In this document: one piece after another, positions 18,051 through 26,971 of the stretch
Position numbering within the stretch: the first letter of the stretch is position 1
Layout: every line of letters begins with the position of its first letter
Virus record (IMG/VR): IMGVR_UViG_2609460344_000022
Length of the DNA: 40,873 nucleotides
Source of the DNA: a virus
Lineage: Duplodnaviria; Heunggongvirae; Uroviricota; Caudoviricetes
Reading direction: 5' to 3' (one strand)
Made by a program: the position numbers and the translations under genes
Notes under the pieces: generated by a model
What the model was told of the DNA's origin: nothing
What the model saw: only the letters and a program-made list of their open reading frames with translations
The model's database searches: none

Positions 18051-18368
18051 TCATGATATTACCTGGATTCCGTTTTTCTCTACGACTGAAAGAAGGCGAA
18101 GAGCGGCACCTCCCGGCCGTTTTACACCACGTTCCCAGTCTGATATCAGGTTTTTACTGACGTTGAGGTATCTGGCAAAAACAGGTTGAGACAGATGCTC
18201 TCGTTCGCGCAGTGCACGGATCCTTTCCGGAGACATTACCGGCGCTGGCTGGAGACAAGTTTCATCGAATTCTCGCATAGTCTGTTTCGTTACTGCGCCG
18301 ATATCATGAAGCGATTCCATCATTTCATGTACGGATGCAAGCGCATCACTGCGGTAATTTTTACTCAT
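18051..18368 (-). CDS. HTH (XRE-type) antitoxin, HigA/MqsA-like C-terminal HTH
   Basis: 105 aa; C-terminal 'REREHLSQPVFARYLNVSKNLISDWERGVKRPGGAALRLL' resembles the antitoxin HTH pattern; start ATG overlaps stop of upstream toxin remnant. Confidence 0.6.
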   Translation of the reverse strand: MSKNYRSDALASVHEMMESLHDIGAVTKQTMREFDETCLQPAPVMSPERIRALREREHLSQPVFARYLNVSKNLISDWERGVKRPGGAALRLLSVVEKNGIQVIS

Positions 18369-18730
18369 TGGGTACCTCCGTAAACTGACCCTGTAGAATC
18401 AGTTGTGCCAGTTGTTCATCTGTTAGATTGAGTACGTGAGGAGCCCCTTCCGAAATGCACTTTCCTCAGTAGCGGTTATATTTTCACGTTCATTTTTTGC
18501 GTATGCATATACGAAAAAGGCCCTTGTGCCGACGCGATAGAAAATGATTGTGCGATAACCGCCAGATTTGCCGCCACCGACTCGTGGCAGACGTTGCTTG
18601 ATAACGCCGTTACCCAGGTTTGCTGAGATAAGCCCGTTATCAGCCTGTTTAACAATTTCGCGCAGTGATTGGTCGGATATTTTGTTTTGCGTGCAAATCG
18701 CTCAAACCAGGCGTTTTTAAAAATGCGCAT
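18361..18730 (-). pseudogene. RelE/ParE-superfamily toxin disrupted by two frameshifts
   Basis: Frame 1: MRIFKNAWFERFARK; frame 2: ...SLREIVKQADNGLISANLGNGVIKQRLPRVGGGKSGGYRTIIFYRVGTRAFFVYAYAKNERENI...; frame 3: LNLTDEQLAQLILQGQFTEVPNE*; first shift at an A-rich tract (GCACGCAAAACAAAATAT). Confidence 0.6.
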
Positions 18731-18797
18731 TTTTTGTTCCGTTATTAATGTATAACACATAGTGTTACATTGCGTAGGGATCTGCAATGCCATCAGT

Positions 18798-18908
18798 TTG
18801 ACAACGTCGCGTGTTCGGGGCTATATTCCTCACGCGCCAGCAAAACCTGGCGTCGGGATTAGCACCCCGGATATCGAAACGGTGCATAACCGCGCTGGCG
18901 GTTTTTTT
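18798..18908 (+). ncRNA. Promoter + ~75-nt structured RNA + intrinsic terminator (copy 1)
   Basis: TTGACA-N18-TATATT (18798-18827); hairpins CGCCAG-CAAAAC-CTGGCG and AACCGC-GCTG-GCGGTT followed by TTTTTTT (18888-18908). Confidence 0.45.
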
Positions 18909-19072
18909 ATGCGCTAAGCACAGTCACATTCGCGATTTATGGCGGGCTGTGTGGGGGAGCCGAAAGGCTCGCCGGATGTTTCGACCGGTAGTGCTAACCC
19001 CGCACAGTTCGCCACCACGATGATTAGCACCTGACGGTGGCGAGGTAAAAATTATCGAAACGCGAGGTCATT

Positions 19073-19738
19073 ATGGCTGTTCAAATTTCTGTCGAAAACC
19101 TTTCCCCTGTTACCTATAACCAGATCCCCGTAATTACTACTGAACTGTTGGCTCACCTTTACGGAACAAAAATCAAAAACATTTCTGATAACTTTCTGAA
19201 CAACACGACGCGATTCATGCCCGGAAAGCATTACTTTAAAATTGAAAAAAACGAATTACGCGAGTTTAAGAACAGACCCGAAACAATCGGGTTAGTTGGT
19301 AAAAATGCCCGCTCCCTCATCCTCTGGACAGAACGCGGCGCAGCCCGTCACGCAAAAATGCTCGAAACCGATCGGGCGTGGGAGGTATTCGAAAAACTGG
19401 AAGACTGCTATTTCAGCCAGGGAAAAACAGCACCAACCGAACAGCAGCCGCAGATTCAGCCACAATTCACAGCCGAAGAAATCATCCTCCTTTGCTACAT
19501 GCAGCTCTGGATGGAAAAAGCCCAGGACATCAGCAAACACCTGTATCCCATTATGAAAGAGCTGAACTCCTCATACACGAACAAGCTGTATGACATTGCG
19601 TTTGAGACCATCTACATGGTGACGAAGAACAGAGACGCGCTACTGAGGGAGGTAACACGTCTCGACATGTCAAGTTCCGTTATCCAGCGGGCCATGCCAA
19701 TGCTGAAAAGCCTGCGGGCAAGACAATTTGAATTCTGA
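19073..19738 (+). CDS. ORF6N-domain antirepressor-like protein (paralog 1)
   Basis: 221 aa; N-terminus '[20 protein letters not shown]...[21 protein letters not shown]' shared with paralog at 20657 and typical of the ORF6N antirepressor N-terminal domain. Confidence 0.6.
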   Translation: MAVQISVENLSPVTYNQIPVITTELLAHLYGTKIKNISDNFLNNTTRFMPGKHYFKIEKNELREFKNRPETIGLVGKNARSLILWTERGAARHAKMLETDRAWEVFEKLEDCYFSQGKTAPTEQQPQIQPQFTAEEIILLCYMQLWMEKAQDISKHLYPIMKELNSSYTNKLYDIAFETIYMVTKNRDALLREVTRLDMSSSVIQRAMPMLKSLRARQFEF

Positions 19739-19792
19739 AACTAAAGGAGCTTCGGCTCCTTTTTTGTTGGGAAAATCCAGTGAGAGGGAATA

Positions 19793-20203
19793 ATGAACCA
19801 GACTATCTTCCTCCGAAGTAAGCAGCAGCAACAATTCGCCATTAACGCCATCCTTGCAACAACTCTCGATAAAGACAAACCCGTTACGATCCGCATCACC
19901 GATTACAAGCGGAATCTCGATCAAAATGCCAAATTTCACGCGATGGTCGCTGATATCTCCCGACAGGTTCAGTGGTGCGGCAGATGGCTAAAACCAGAAC
20001 AGTGGAAAGTTTTGTTAATCAGCGGTCATGCCGTGGCGACAAAACAGGAAGCTGATGTTTTGCCTGGTCTTGAAGGTGAATACGTCAATATCCGCGAAAG
20101 CAGTGCGCAGATGAGCGTGAAGCGTATGGCAAGCCTGATTGAGTACACAACTTCCTGGGCTGTGGAGCAGGGTGTCAGATTTACCGACAGGAGGTATGAA
20201 TGA
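19793..20203 (+). CDS. ninB: NinB (Orf-family recombination protein)
   Basis: 136 aa; resembles recalled lambda NinB (…RNLDQN.K…DISRQV.W.GRWL..E.WK…). Confidence 0.8.
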   Translation: MNQTIFLRSKQQQQFAINAILATTLDKDKPVTIRITDYKRNLDQNAKFHAMVADISRQVQWCGRWLKPEQWKVLLISGHAVATKQEADVLPGLEGEYVNIRESSAQMSVKRMASLIEYTTSWAVEQGVRFTDRRYE

Positions 20204-20382
20204 GACGACAGCGACGAAGCATTACCGATATAGTCTGTGAAAACTGCAATTACCTTCCAACGAAACGTTCCAGAAATAAACCCAGGCCAATCCCAAAAGA
20301 ATCTGACGTTAAAGCCTTCAATTACACGGCTCACCTGTGGGATATCCGGTGGCTAAGACATCGTGCGAGGAAAACAAGGTGA
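20200..20382 (+). CDS. ninE: NinE-like small protein
   Basis: 60 aa, [60 protein letters not shown]; matches my recollection of the NinE family; 4-nt overlap with ninB. Confidence 0.55.
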   Translation: MRRQRRSITDIVCENCNYLPTKRSRNKPRPIPKESDVKAFNYTAHLWDIRWLRHRARKTR

Positions 20383-20497
20383 TTGACGTGATGATTTATT
20401 CGGGGCTATATTCCTCACGCGCCAGCAAAATCTGGCGTCGGGATTGGCGTCCTGGATAGAGACCGCGACAGATACACGCCGCGAGCGTGTTTTTTAT
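20383..20497 (+). ncRNA. Promoter + ~75-nt structured RNA + intrinsic terminator (copy 2)
   Basis: TTGACG-N18-TATATT (20383-20412); hairpin CGCCAG-CAAAAT-CTGGCG; terminator ACACGC-CGCGA-GCGTGT + TTTTTTATT (20474-20499). Confidence 0.45.
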
Positions 20498-20656
20498 TGT
20501 CGTATGCACGCGCACATCTGAATTATGGTGGGCTGTGTGGGGGCGGAGAGATCCGCGCCGGTCGGTTTCCCGGTTACGCCAACCCTGCACAGTTCACCAC
20601 CAGACGATTGGCGTCGTCGGTGGTGAGTTATTAAGAAACCACTCGAGGGCGTCATT

Positions 20657-21340
20657 ATGACAACTCAAATCTCTGTTGAAACACTCTCCACGATTACTTA
20701 CAAGCAGATCCCCGTTATCACTACCGAACTTTTGGCGCACCTTTACGGCACAGAAGCTATTCGTATTCGCCAGAATCACCACGAAAACAAAGGTCGTTTC
20801 ATTGAGGAAAAACACTTCTTCAAACTTGAAGGTGAAACTTTACGTGAGTTCAAGCACAGAGTAGCTTTTAACTACTCTGTGAAAATTGCCCGTAACGTTC
20901 GCTCCCTCATCCTCTGGACAGAACGAGGCGCAGCCCGTCACGCCAAAATGCTAGAAACCGATCAGGCGTGGGATGTGTTCGAAAAACTGGAAGACTGCTA
21001 TTTCAGCCAGTGCGAGAAAAATACTGGCAAACAAGAGAAGAAGCCCAACGGGCTTTCCGCAAAAGAAACAGACAGCCTTGTATGGCTGTGGGATTATGCC
21101 AACCGCTCACAGGCATTGTTCCGTGAGTTGTATCCCGCATTAAAACTGATTCAGTCTGGCTATTCCGGCATATGCCACGACTACGGCTATGAGTTCTCGT
21201 ATATCATCGGGAGGGCGAGGGGCGTTTTAATTAATCACACGCGGGATATAGATATTTATGAGCCTGACGGGCCGACGAACCTTCTGGCATGGGAAAGGCT
21301 TAAGAACAAAGAGTTGCCGCCTTCACTGCATCGCTACTGA
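20657..21340 (+). CDS. ORF6N-domain antirepressor-like protein (paralog 2)
   Basis: 227 aa; N-terminal ~120 aa highly similar to paralog 1, C-terminus divergent. Confidence 0.6.
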   Translation: MTTQISVETLSTITYKQIPVITTELLAHLYGTEAIRIRQNHHENKGRFIEEKHFFKLEGETLREFKHRVAFNYSVKIARNVRSLILWTERGAARHAKMLETDQAWDVFEKLEDCYFSQCEKNTGKQEKKPNGLSAKETDSLVWLWDYANRSQALFRELYPALKLIQSGYSGICHDYGYEFSYIIGRARGVLINHTRDIDIYEPDGPTNLLAWERLKNKELPPSLHRY

Positions 21341-21408
21341 CAATTGACAACTTAACAAACCCAGCTTCGGCTGGGTTTTTTATTGCTGAATTTTCAATAT
21401 GAGAGGAC

Positions 21409-22137
21409 ATGACAATGAATGAGCTGATAAATAGCAGCATCATCAAAATGACCAGCATTGAAATCGCTGAGTTGGTGGGGAGTCGTCCAGATAACGTAAA
21501 AATATCAATAGAGCGCCTGGCTGAATCTGGAGTTATTCAACTTCCTGCATTGCAGGTTTTCGAAAAAATCAATAACTTAGGACTGCGCCGTAGTGTCGAG
21601 GCTTACGTCTTCGAAGGCGAACAAGGTAAGCGAGACAGCATTATTGTCGTCGCCCAATTGTCGCCGGAATTCACCGCTCGTCTTGTTGACCGTTGGCGAG
21701 AGCTTGAAGGGGCAACCGCGAAAATACCACAAACCTTTTCTGAGGCATTGCGCCTTGCGGCCGACCTTGAAGACCAGAAGGCTGAACTGGAGAAACAGCT
21801 TGCTCTCGCAGCACCTAAAGTTGAGTTTGCCGATCGAGTTGGCGAGGCCAGCGGAATTTTGATTGGAAACTTTGCAAAGGTTGTTGGTATTGGTCCAAAC
21901 AAACTGTTTGCGTGGATGCGCGATCACAAAATCCTTATTGCTTCAGGTTCCCGGCGCAATGTGCCAATGCAGGAATATATGGATCGCGGCTATTTCACAG
22001 TGAAAGAAACAGCGGTCAATACAAATCACGGAATACAGATCTCGTTCACCACAAAAATCACCGGGCGTGGTCAACAGTGGCTGACCAGAAAGCCGCTCGA
22101 TAACGGAATGCTGAAAGTAACAGGGGAGGCTGCTTAA
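21409..22137 (+). CDS. Rha-family regulator / antirepressor (KilA-C/ANT C-terminal domain)
   Basis: 242 aa; N-terminal 'MTSIEIAELVGSRPDNV' Rha-like HTH; C-terminal '...EFADRVG...KVVGIGPNKLFAWMRDHKIL' antirepressor-type domain. Confidence 0.65.
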   Translation: MTMNELINSSIIKMTSIEIAELVGSRPDNVKISIERLAESGVIQLPALQVFEKINNLGLRRSVEAYVFEGEQGKRDSIIVVAQLSPEFTARLVDRWRELEGATAKIPQTFSEALRLAADLEDQKAELEKQLALAAPKVEFADRVGEASGILIGNFAKVVGIGPNKLFAWMRDHKILIASGSRRNVPMQEYMDRGYFTVKETAVNTNHGIQISFTTKITGRGQQWLTRKPLDNGMLKVTGEAA

Positions 22138-22427
22138 TGGCTAACCTACGCAAAGAAGCGCGCGGCAGAGAATGCCAGGTACGGATTTACGGCGTATGCA
22201 ATGGCAATCCTGAAACGACAGTTCTGGCACATTACCGGATGGCTGGAATTTGCGGAACGGGAATGAAGCCTGACGACCTGATCGGTGCATGGGCTTGTAG
22301 TGACTGCCACGCGGAGATCGACCGACGCACCCGAATTCTCGACAACAACGACGCCAGACTTTACCACCTGGAAGGCGTGATCAGGACGCAGGCGATATTG
22401 CTGAAGGAGGGGAAGATTAAGTCATGA
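22137..22427 (+). CDS. DUF1364 (YbcO-like) Cys/His-rich protein
   Basis: 96 aa; resembles recalled DLP12 YbcO (MANLRK.ARGRECQVRI.GVCNGNPET.VLAH...CSDCH.EIDRR); ATGA overlap with neighbours. Confidence 0.65.
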   Translation: MANLRKEARGRECQVRIYGVCNGNPETTVLAHYRMAGICGTGMKPDDLIGAWACSDCHAEIDRRTRILDNNDARLYHLEGVIRTQAILLKEGKIKS

Positions 22428-22786
22428 ATGAATATGAGTTTGTGCTTCCCTGGCCGCCGACGGTGAATACCTACTGGCGAAGACGGGGAAGCCAGTACTA
22501 CATCAGCGATAAAGGCCAGAAATACCGAAAAGACGTACAGCAAATCATCCGGCAACTCAGATTAGACATTTTCACTAAATCACGACTTCGCATCACAATT
22601 ATTGCTGAACCACCAGATTCCCGCCGTCGCGACCTCGATAACATCCTGAAAGGTTTACTCGACTCTCTTATCCACGCCGGATTTGCGGACGACGACGAGC
22701 AATTCGATGACATTCGCGTAATTCGCGGCGTGAAAGTGCCTGGCGGTAGAGTGGGGATAAAAATCACCGAACTGGAGAACATTTGA
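22424..22786 (+). CDS. rusA: RusA-type Holliday junction resolvase
   Basis: 120 aa; 'LPWPP..N.Y.R...............R.DLDN..K...D.L..AGF..DD.Q' pattern matching recalled RusA. Confidence 0.85.
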   Translation: MNEYEFVLPWPPTVNTYWRRRGSQYYISDKGQKYRKDVQQIIRQLRLDIFTKSRLRITIIAEPPDSRRRDLDNILKGLLDSLIHAGFADDDEQFDDIRVIRGVKVPGGRVGIKITELENI

Positions 22787-22980
22787 TGAATGCTAAAATT
22801 CAAACGATACCTGAATTACTGATCTGCACCAGGGGAAATCAGACAGAAGTCGCCAGAATACTGAACTGCAATCGTGCTACAGTCAGAAAATACATTGATG
22901 ATAAAGATGCGAAAAAGCACGCCGTCGTCAATGGCGTCCTTATGGTTCATCGCGGATGGGGTAAAGATACTGATGCGTGA
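22783..22980 (+). CDS. ninH: NinH-like protein
   Basis: 65 aa; '[42 protein letters not shown]' resembles recalled lambda NinH. Confidence 0.7.
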   Translation: MMNAKIQTIPELLICTRGNQTEVARILNCNRATVRKYIDDKDAKKHAVVNGVLMVHRGWGKDTDA

Positions 22981-23407
22981 TATCCGGCAGGTTCTTGAGC
23001 GCTGGGGGGCATGGGCGGTAAATAACTATGAGGATGTTACATGGTCGCCCATTGCTGCCGGATTTAAGGGACTGATCCCCGAAAAAGTAAAATCACGTCC
23101 ACAGTGCTGTGACGATGATGCGATGGTGATATGCGGGTGCATAGCCCGCCTTTACCGGAACAATCGCGATCTGCATGACTTGCTGGTTGATTACTACGTG
23201 TTGGGGGAGACGTTCATGGCGCTGGCACGGAAACATGGGTGCTCTGACACCTGTATAGGTAAACGCCTTCACAAAGCGGAGGGGATTGTTGAAGGCATGC
23301 TGATGATGCTGGGAGTGAGGCTTGAGATGGATCGGTATGTTGAGCGTGAATTGCCGGGAGGGAGAAGCTCTGTATTTTATCAGCGAAAAAATAGTTTACG
23401 ATCGTAA
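22973..23407 (+). CDS. Q: Late-gene antiterminator Q (phage 21/82 type)
   Basis: 144 aa from ATG 22973; '[49 protein letters not shown]' matches recalled Q82 family. Confidence 0.8.
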   Translation: MRDIRQVLERWGAWAVNNYEDVTWSPIAAGFKGLIPEKVKSRPQCCDDDAMVICGCIARLYRNNRDLHDLLVDYYVLGETFMALARKHGCSDTCIGKRLHKAEGIVEGMLMMLGVRLEMDRYVERELPGGRSSVFYQRKNSLRS

Positions 23408-23439
23408 AAATCTGCATATCATGATAAGAGTGGTTACAT

Positions 23440-23472
23440 TGCCACGCAGCCGAACCCGCCGATGCGCGGGTT
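23440..23472 (+). terminator. Intrinsic terminator downstream of Q
   Basis: CCCGC-CGATG-GCGGG hairpin followed by TTTTTTT. Confidence 0.55.
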
Positions 23473-23651
23473 TTTTTGTACCCAGAATCCTGTGAGCTAT
23501 ACGGAAAGTACACAGAAAGGAAGGTACGACCGCAATTAATAACAAAATCTTAAAAATCTCATATGGCACTATTAGTTTTCTAAATATTGTATATTTTAAG
23601 TATTGCAGGATAACCCTGTAACGAAGTTTGCGTAACAGCATTTTGCTCTAC

Positions 23652-23690
23652 GAGTTTGCCAGCCTCCCCTGGTGGCTGGCTTTTTTTGTA
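23652..23690 (+). terminator. Candidate tR' terminator of the late-promoter leader RNA
   Basis: GCCAGCC-TCCCCTG-GTGGCTGGC hairpin + TTTTTTT about 200 nt downstream of the first terminator; AT-rich promoter-like sequence (tattgtatatttt) between them. Confidence 0.5.
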
Positions 23691-24172
23691 TCCGTTCAAC
23701 GGGAATGTTACATACCTCACAATTAAGTCAGTTGAATGTTGTCTGCCCGGATGAGAATTTGTTAGAAAAAACTGCATGGTGAATCCCCCTGAGCGGAGGG
23801 GCGACTGGTGACGGTATAATCTCTGATTATCAAAACGAGAATGACGCGGGTTTAGTGGCACCGGGCTGAACTCACCGGGAGGCACCCGGCACCATGCAAT
23901 GGCACATAGCGCCACTCTCCAGCCCCTCTCCGGAGGGGCTTTCTTATGGACAAAAAAGCCCGCGCTGGGAGACGCGGGCGGCAAGGAATGAACAATGAAA
24001 CGTGAAGTAATATTTCAGCTGGCGAATAATACCCCATAGTAATCACTCTGCGCAACTGCGCGACCTTTTTCGAATTGCGGGCTGTAGTCTCCCTTCTGCC
24101 ATTGTCCTGTAACTTCCGGACTTCAGCCCGCTCCTTATTTTACTCACAATATTATCCCGGCCGGGAGGATTC

Positions 24173-26083
24173 ATGGCATTTAAACACTATGATGTTGTCA
24201 GGGCGGCGTCGCCGTCAGACCTTGCGAAACGAATAACTCAAAAACTGAAGGAAGGGTGGCAGCCTTATGGTAGTGCGCTGATTTCGACAGCTGGTTATGG
24301 TGCGGAGTTCATCCAGCCAGTTGTGAGTGAGGGGAGCATCTCATCACCAGAGGAGCCAGGCAACCGTCCGACGACCTCAGCGCCTTCTGTTGCGCCAGAA
24401 TATTACTATGTGATCGCGCTTGCTGGTCAGTCCAATGGTATGTCATACGGTGAGGGACTGCCATTACCGGATACATTCGACAGCCCTGATCCACGTATTA
24501 AACAGTTAGCGCGTCGCAGTACGGTGACACCGGGCGGTGCAGCATGCAAATATAACGACATCATTCCGGCGGACCATTGTCTGCATGATGTGCAGGACAT
24601 GAGCCGTCTTAACCATCCGAAAGCGGACCTGTCAAAGGGGCAGTACGGAACCGTGGGGCAGGGGCTGCATATCGCCAAAAAACTGCTGCCGTTTATACCG
24701 GCGAATGCGGGCATTCTGCTGGTTCCGTGCTGTCGTGGTGGTTCAGCGTTCACCACCGGAGCTGATGGCACATACAGTGACGCGAGTGGCGCCTCGGAGA
24801 ATTCAACCCGCTGGGGTGTGGACAAGCCGCTGTATAAGGACCTTATCGGTCGAACAAAAGCGGCACTGGAGAAGAACCCGAAAAATGTGCTGTTTGCCGT
24901 GGTGTGGATGCAGGGGGAATTTGATTTTGGCGGTACGCCGGCAAATCATGCCGCACAGTTTGGTGCGCTGGTTGATAAATTCCGTGCAGACCTGGCGGAT
25001 ATGGCAGGCCAGTGCGTCGGTGGCTCTGCTGGCGGTGTTCCCTGGATATGCGGGGACACGACGTATTTCTGGAAGCAGAAGAACGAATCCACGTACCAGA
25101 CGGTGTACGGCAGCTATAAAAATAAAACGGAAAAGAATATCCATTTCGTACCGTTCATGACCGATGAGAACGGGGTGAATGTGCCGACGAACAAACCGGA
25201 AGAAGACCCGGACATTCCGGGTATCGGTTATTACGGTTCGAAATGGCGTGACAGCTCAGCCACCTGGACGTCACAGGACAGGGCGAGCCATTTCAGTTCA
25301 TGGGCTCGCCGTGGGATTATTTCCGACCGTCTGGCAACGGCGATTCTGAGCTGCGCGGGTAAGTCTTCTGCGTTTGTTAATGGTACTGCCGGGGTGGTTG
25401 TTCCAGACAGACCGGTTACCACCTCAGAGTCTGTAATTTTTTACGATGCCAAAAAAGCTACAGACAATCAGCTGAAACCCTATGGCTGGGACGGTGTGTA
25501 TGGCAGGCGCACACTGGTTGATGACAGCGGCAATAAAGCTCTGCGAATTGAGAAAAATAACAGCGCGAAATCCTGGTCAATGTACTGTGATATTGCTGCA
25601 GACAAGGCAAAACTTTTACTGGAAAAAGGCGGAGAAATTGCTGTCCGGTTTAAAATCCCCGAAAACGTCAATCTTGAGACAACCAGAAACAAGTATGCCT
25701 TTGGTTTGTACTGGCGAATAGCGGAATGGCCGGGTGAGGGTGGTGAAGGCCATCTGAGTTCTTTCTTTGTCCAGACAGATAAAGCCAGTATTAATGTTGC
25801 ATACCATCATACAGTTAATCAACAAAAAGAACTTGGCACGTTTGGCGCATTCGACCATGACTGGCATACGCTTGCATTTAAATTTAAGGGCAGTAACAGC
25901 ATTAATGTTACTCCGGTGCTTGATGGTGTGGATGGACAGGCGTTTGACCTGGTGAAATGGGCCAATACTGCTAATGGACTCAACAGGTTTGTCATTACGG
26001 ATATTACAGGTAGTGCAGAAACCTACCCTGTACTTATTGATACGGTGGAAGTTAAAGCAAACAAAGCTGGAGCAGCCGCATAA
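24173..26083 (+). CDS. NanS-p-like sialate O-acetylesterase (DUF1737 + SGNH/SASA domain)
   Basis: 636 aa; N-terminal DUF1737-like 'MAFKHYDVVRA...LKEGWQPYG'; esterase motif 'IALAGQSNGMSYGEG'; located between Q and the lysis genes. Confidence 0.7.
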   Translation: MAFKHYDVVRAASPSDLAKRITQKLKEGWQPYGSALISTAGYGAEFIQPVVSEGSISSPEEPGNRPTTSAPSVAPEYYYVIALAGQSNGMSYGEGLPLPDTFDSPDPRIKQLARRSTVTPGGAACKYNDIIPADHCLHDVQDMSRLNHPKADLSKGQYGTVGQGLHIAKKLLPFIPANAGILLVPCCRGGSAFTTGADGTYSDASGASENSTRWGVDKPLYKDLIGRTKAALEKNPKNVLFAVVWMQGEFDFGGTPANHAAQFGALVDKFRADLADMAGQCVGGSAGGVPWICGDTTYFWKQKNESTYQTVYGSYKNKTEKNIHFVPFMTDENGVNVPTNKPEEDPDIPGIGYYGSKWRDSSATWTSQDRASHFSSWARRGIISDRLATAILSCAGKSSAFVNGTAGVVVPDRPVTTSESVIFYDAKKATDNQLKPYGWDGVYGRRTLVDDSGNKALRIEKNNSAKSWSMYCDIAADKAKLLLEKGGEIAVRFKIPENVNLETTRNKYAFGLYWRIAEWPGEGGEGHLSSFFVQTDKASINVAYHHTVNQQKELGTFGAFDHDWHTLAFKFKGSNSINVTPVLDGVDGQAFDLVKWANTANGLNRFVITDITGSAETYPVLIDTVEVKANKAGAAA

Positions 26084-26221
26084 TTGCTAAAAAAAGCCGC
26101 CAGCGGCAGGAATGGAAGCTGGCGGAGGGAATCCCAATGGAGAATGTAAAGAAAAGATGCTTTCGTACATTGGTTTTTAAATGAAAACAATTCTCATTGT
26201 CAACCATAACGGTAAGAAATT

Positions 26222-26404
26222 ATGACATTTATTCATCAGGTGATGCTGTACTTCTGTACGGCGGTCTGTGTGCTGTATCTTCTTTCGGGTGGGTACAGGG
26301 CTGTGCGCGATTTCTGGTGCAGGCAGATTGATAAAAGGGCCGCTGAGAAAATCAGCGCCAGTCAGTCAGCCGGAAGCAAGCCCGAAGAACCCGTTACTCC
26401 TTAA
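26222..26404 (+). CDS. Small hydrophobic hypothetical protein
   Basis: 60-aa ORF with one predicted TM segment (VMLYFCTAVCVLYLL); weak support. Confidence 0.3.
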   Translation: MTFIHQVMLYFCTAVCVLYLLSGGYRAVRDFWCRQIDKRAAEKISASQSAGSKPEEPVTP

Positions 26405-26429
26405 CAACCCCTTTCAGCGAGAAAATCCC

Positions 26430-26675
26430 ATGTCAGAAATCACATCCCTGGTCACTGCTGAGGCAGTGAAGGAAGTCCTGCGCTCTGAAGAAGTCCGGAG
26501 CGCACTGAAACAGAAACTCCGCCAGAACCTTGAGTCGCGTCTTGATGCAGAAGTGGATGCCATTCTGGATGAGCTGCTGGGCGTACCAGCGGTTCCTGAG
26601 CCGGAAGGTATCGCGGGTGACGGGAGTGCTTCAGATGGCGGTGAACCTACACCTGACAGCGACATGATGATGTAA
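26430..26675 (+). CDS. Hypothetical acidic protein
   Basis: 81-aa product from internal ATG of the 26268 track ORF; weak SD. Confidence 0.3.
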   Translation: MSEITSLVTAEAVKEVLRSEEVRSALKQKLRQNLESRLDAEVDAILDELLGVPAVPEPEGIAGDGSASDGGEPTPDSDMMM

Positions 26676-26751
26676 GCATGCGCAAGGGACCATCGGTGTG
26701 TGCCGGTGGTCTTTATATTGTTGTGAGCTTCCGGATTGCGGGAGACGGGGT

Positions 26752-26967
26752 ATGTACCAGATGGAAAAAATCACAACAGGTGTGTCATACACCACGTCAG
26801 CGGTGGGAACGGGCTACTGGTTCCTGCAGTTGCTGGACAGGGTTTCCCCGTCTCAGTGGGCGGCAATAGGCGTGCTGGGGAGTCTGCTGTTTGGGCTGCT
26901 GACGTACCTGACTAACCTGTATTTCAAAATCAAAGAGGACCGGCGTAAGGCGGCGCGGGGAGAGTAA
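26752..26967 (+). CDS. S: Pinholin (S21-like holin)
   Basis: 71 aa; '...[57 protein letters not shown]' closely matches recalled phage 21 S; dual Met start (MYQM). Confidence 0.85.
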   Translation: MYQMEKITTGVSYTTSAVGTGYWFLQLLDRVSPSQWAAIGVLGSLLFGLLTYLTNLYFKIKEDRRKAARGE

Positions 26968-26971
26968 GCTG

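Noticed and set aside
18811-19023. 70-aa plus-strand ORF inside the antirepressor leader
   Set aside because: Lies within the structured leader and terminator region, has no SD, and its frame is not preserved in the homologous second copy
23580-24055. Minus-strand ORFs 23580..23984 and 23852..24055
   Set aside because: Located in the late-promoter and terminator region, antisense to late transcription, with no SD and no recognizable product
23408-24172. tRNA genes or Shiga toxin genes between Q and the lysis cassette
   Set aside because: No cloverleaf-compatible sequence (no GTTCGAATC-like T-arm or conserved D-arm) and no ORF resembling stxA or stxB; only hairpins and short spurious ORFs
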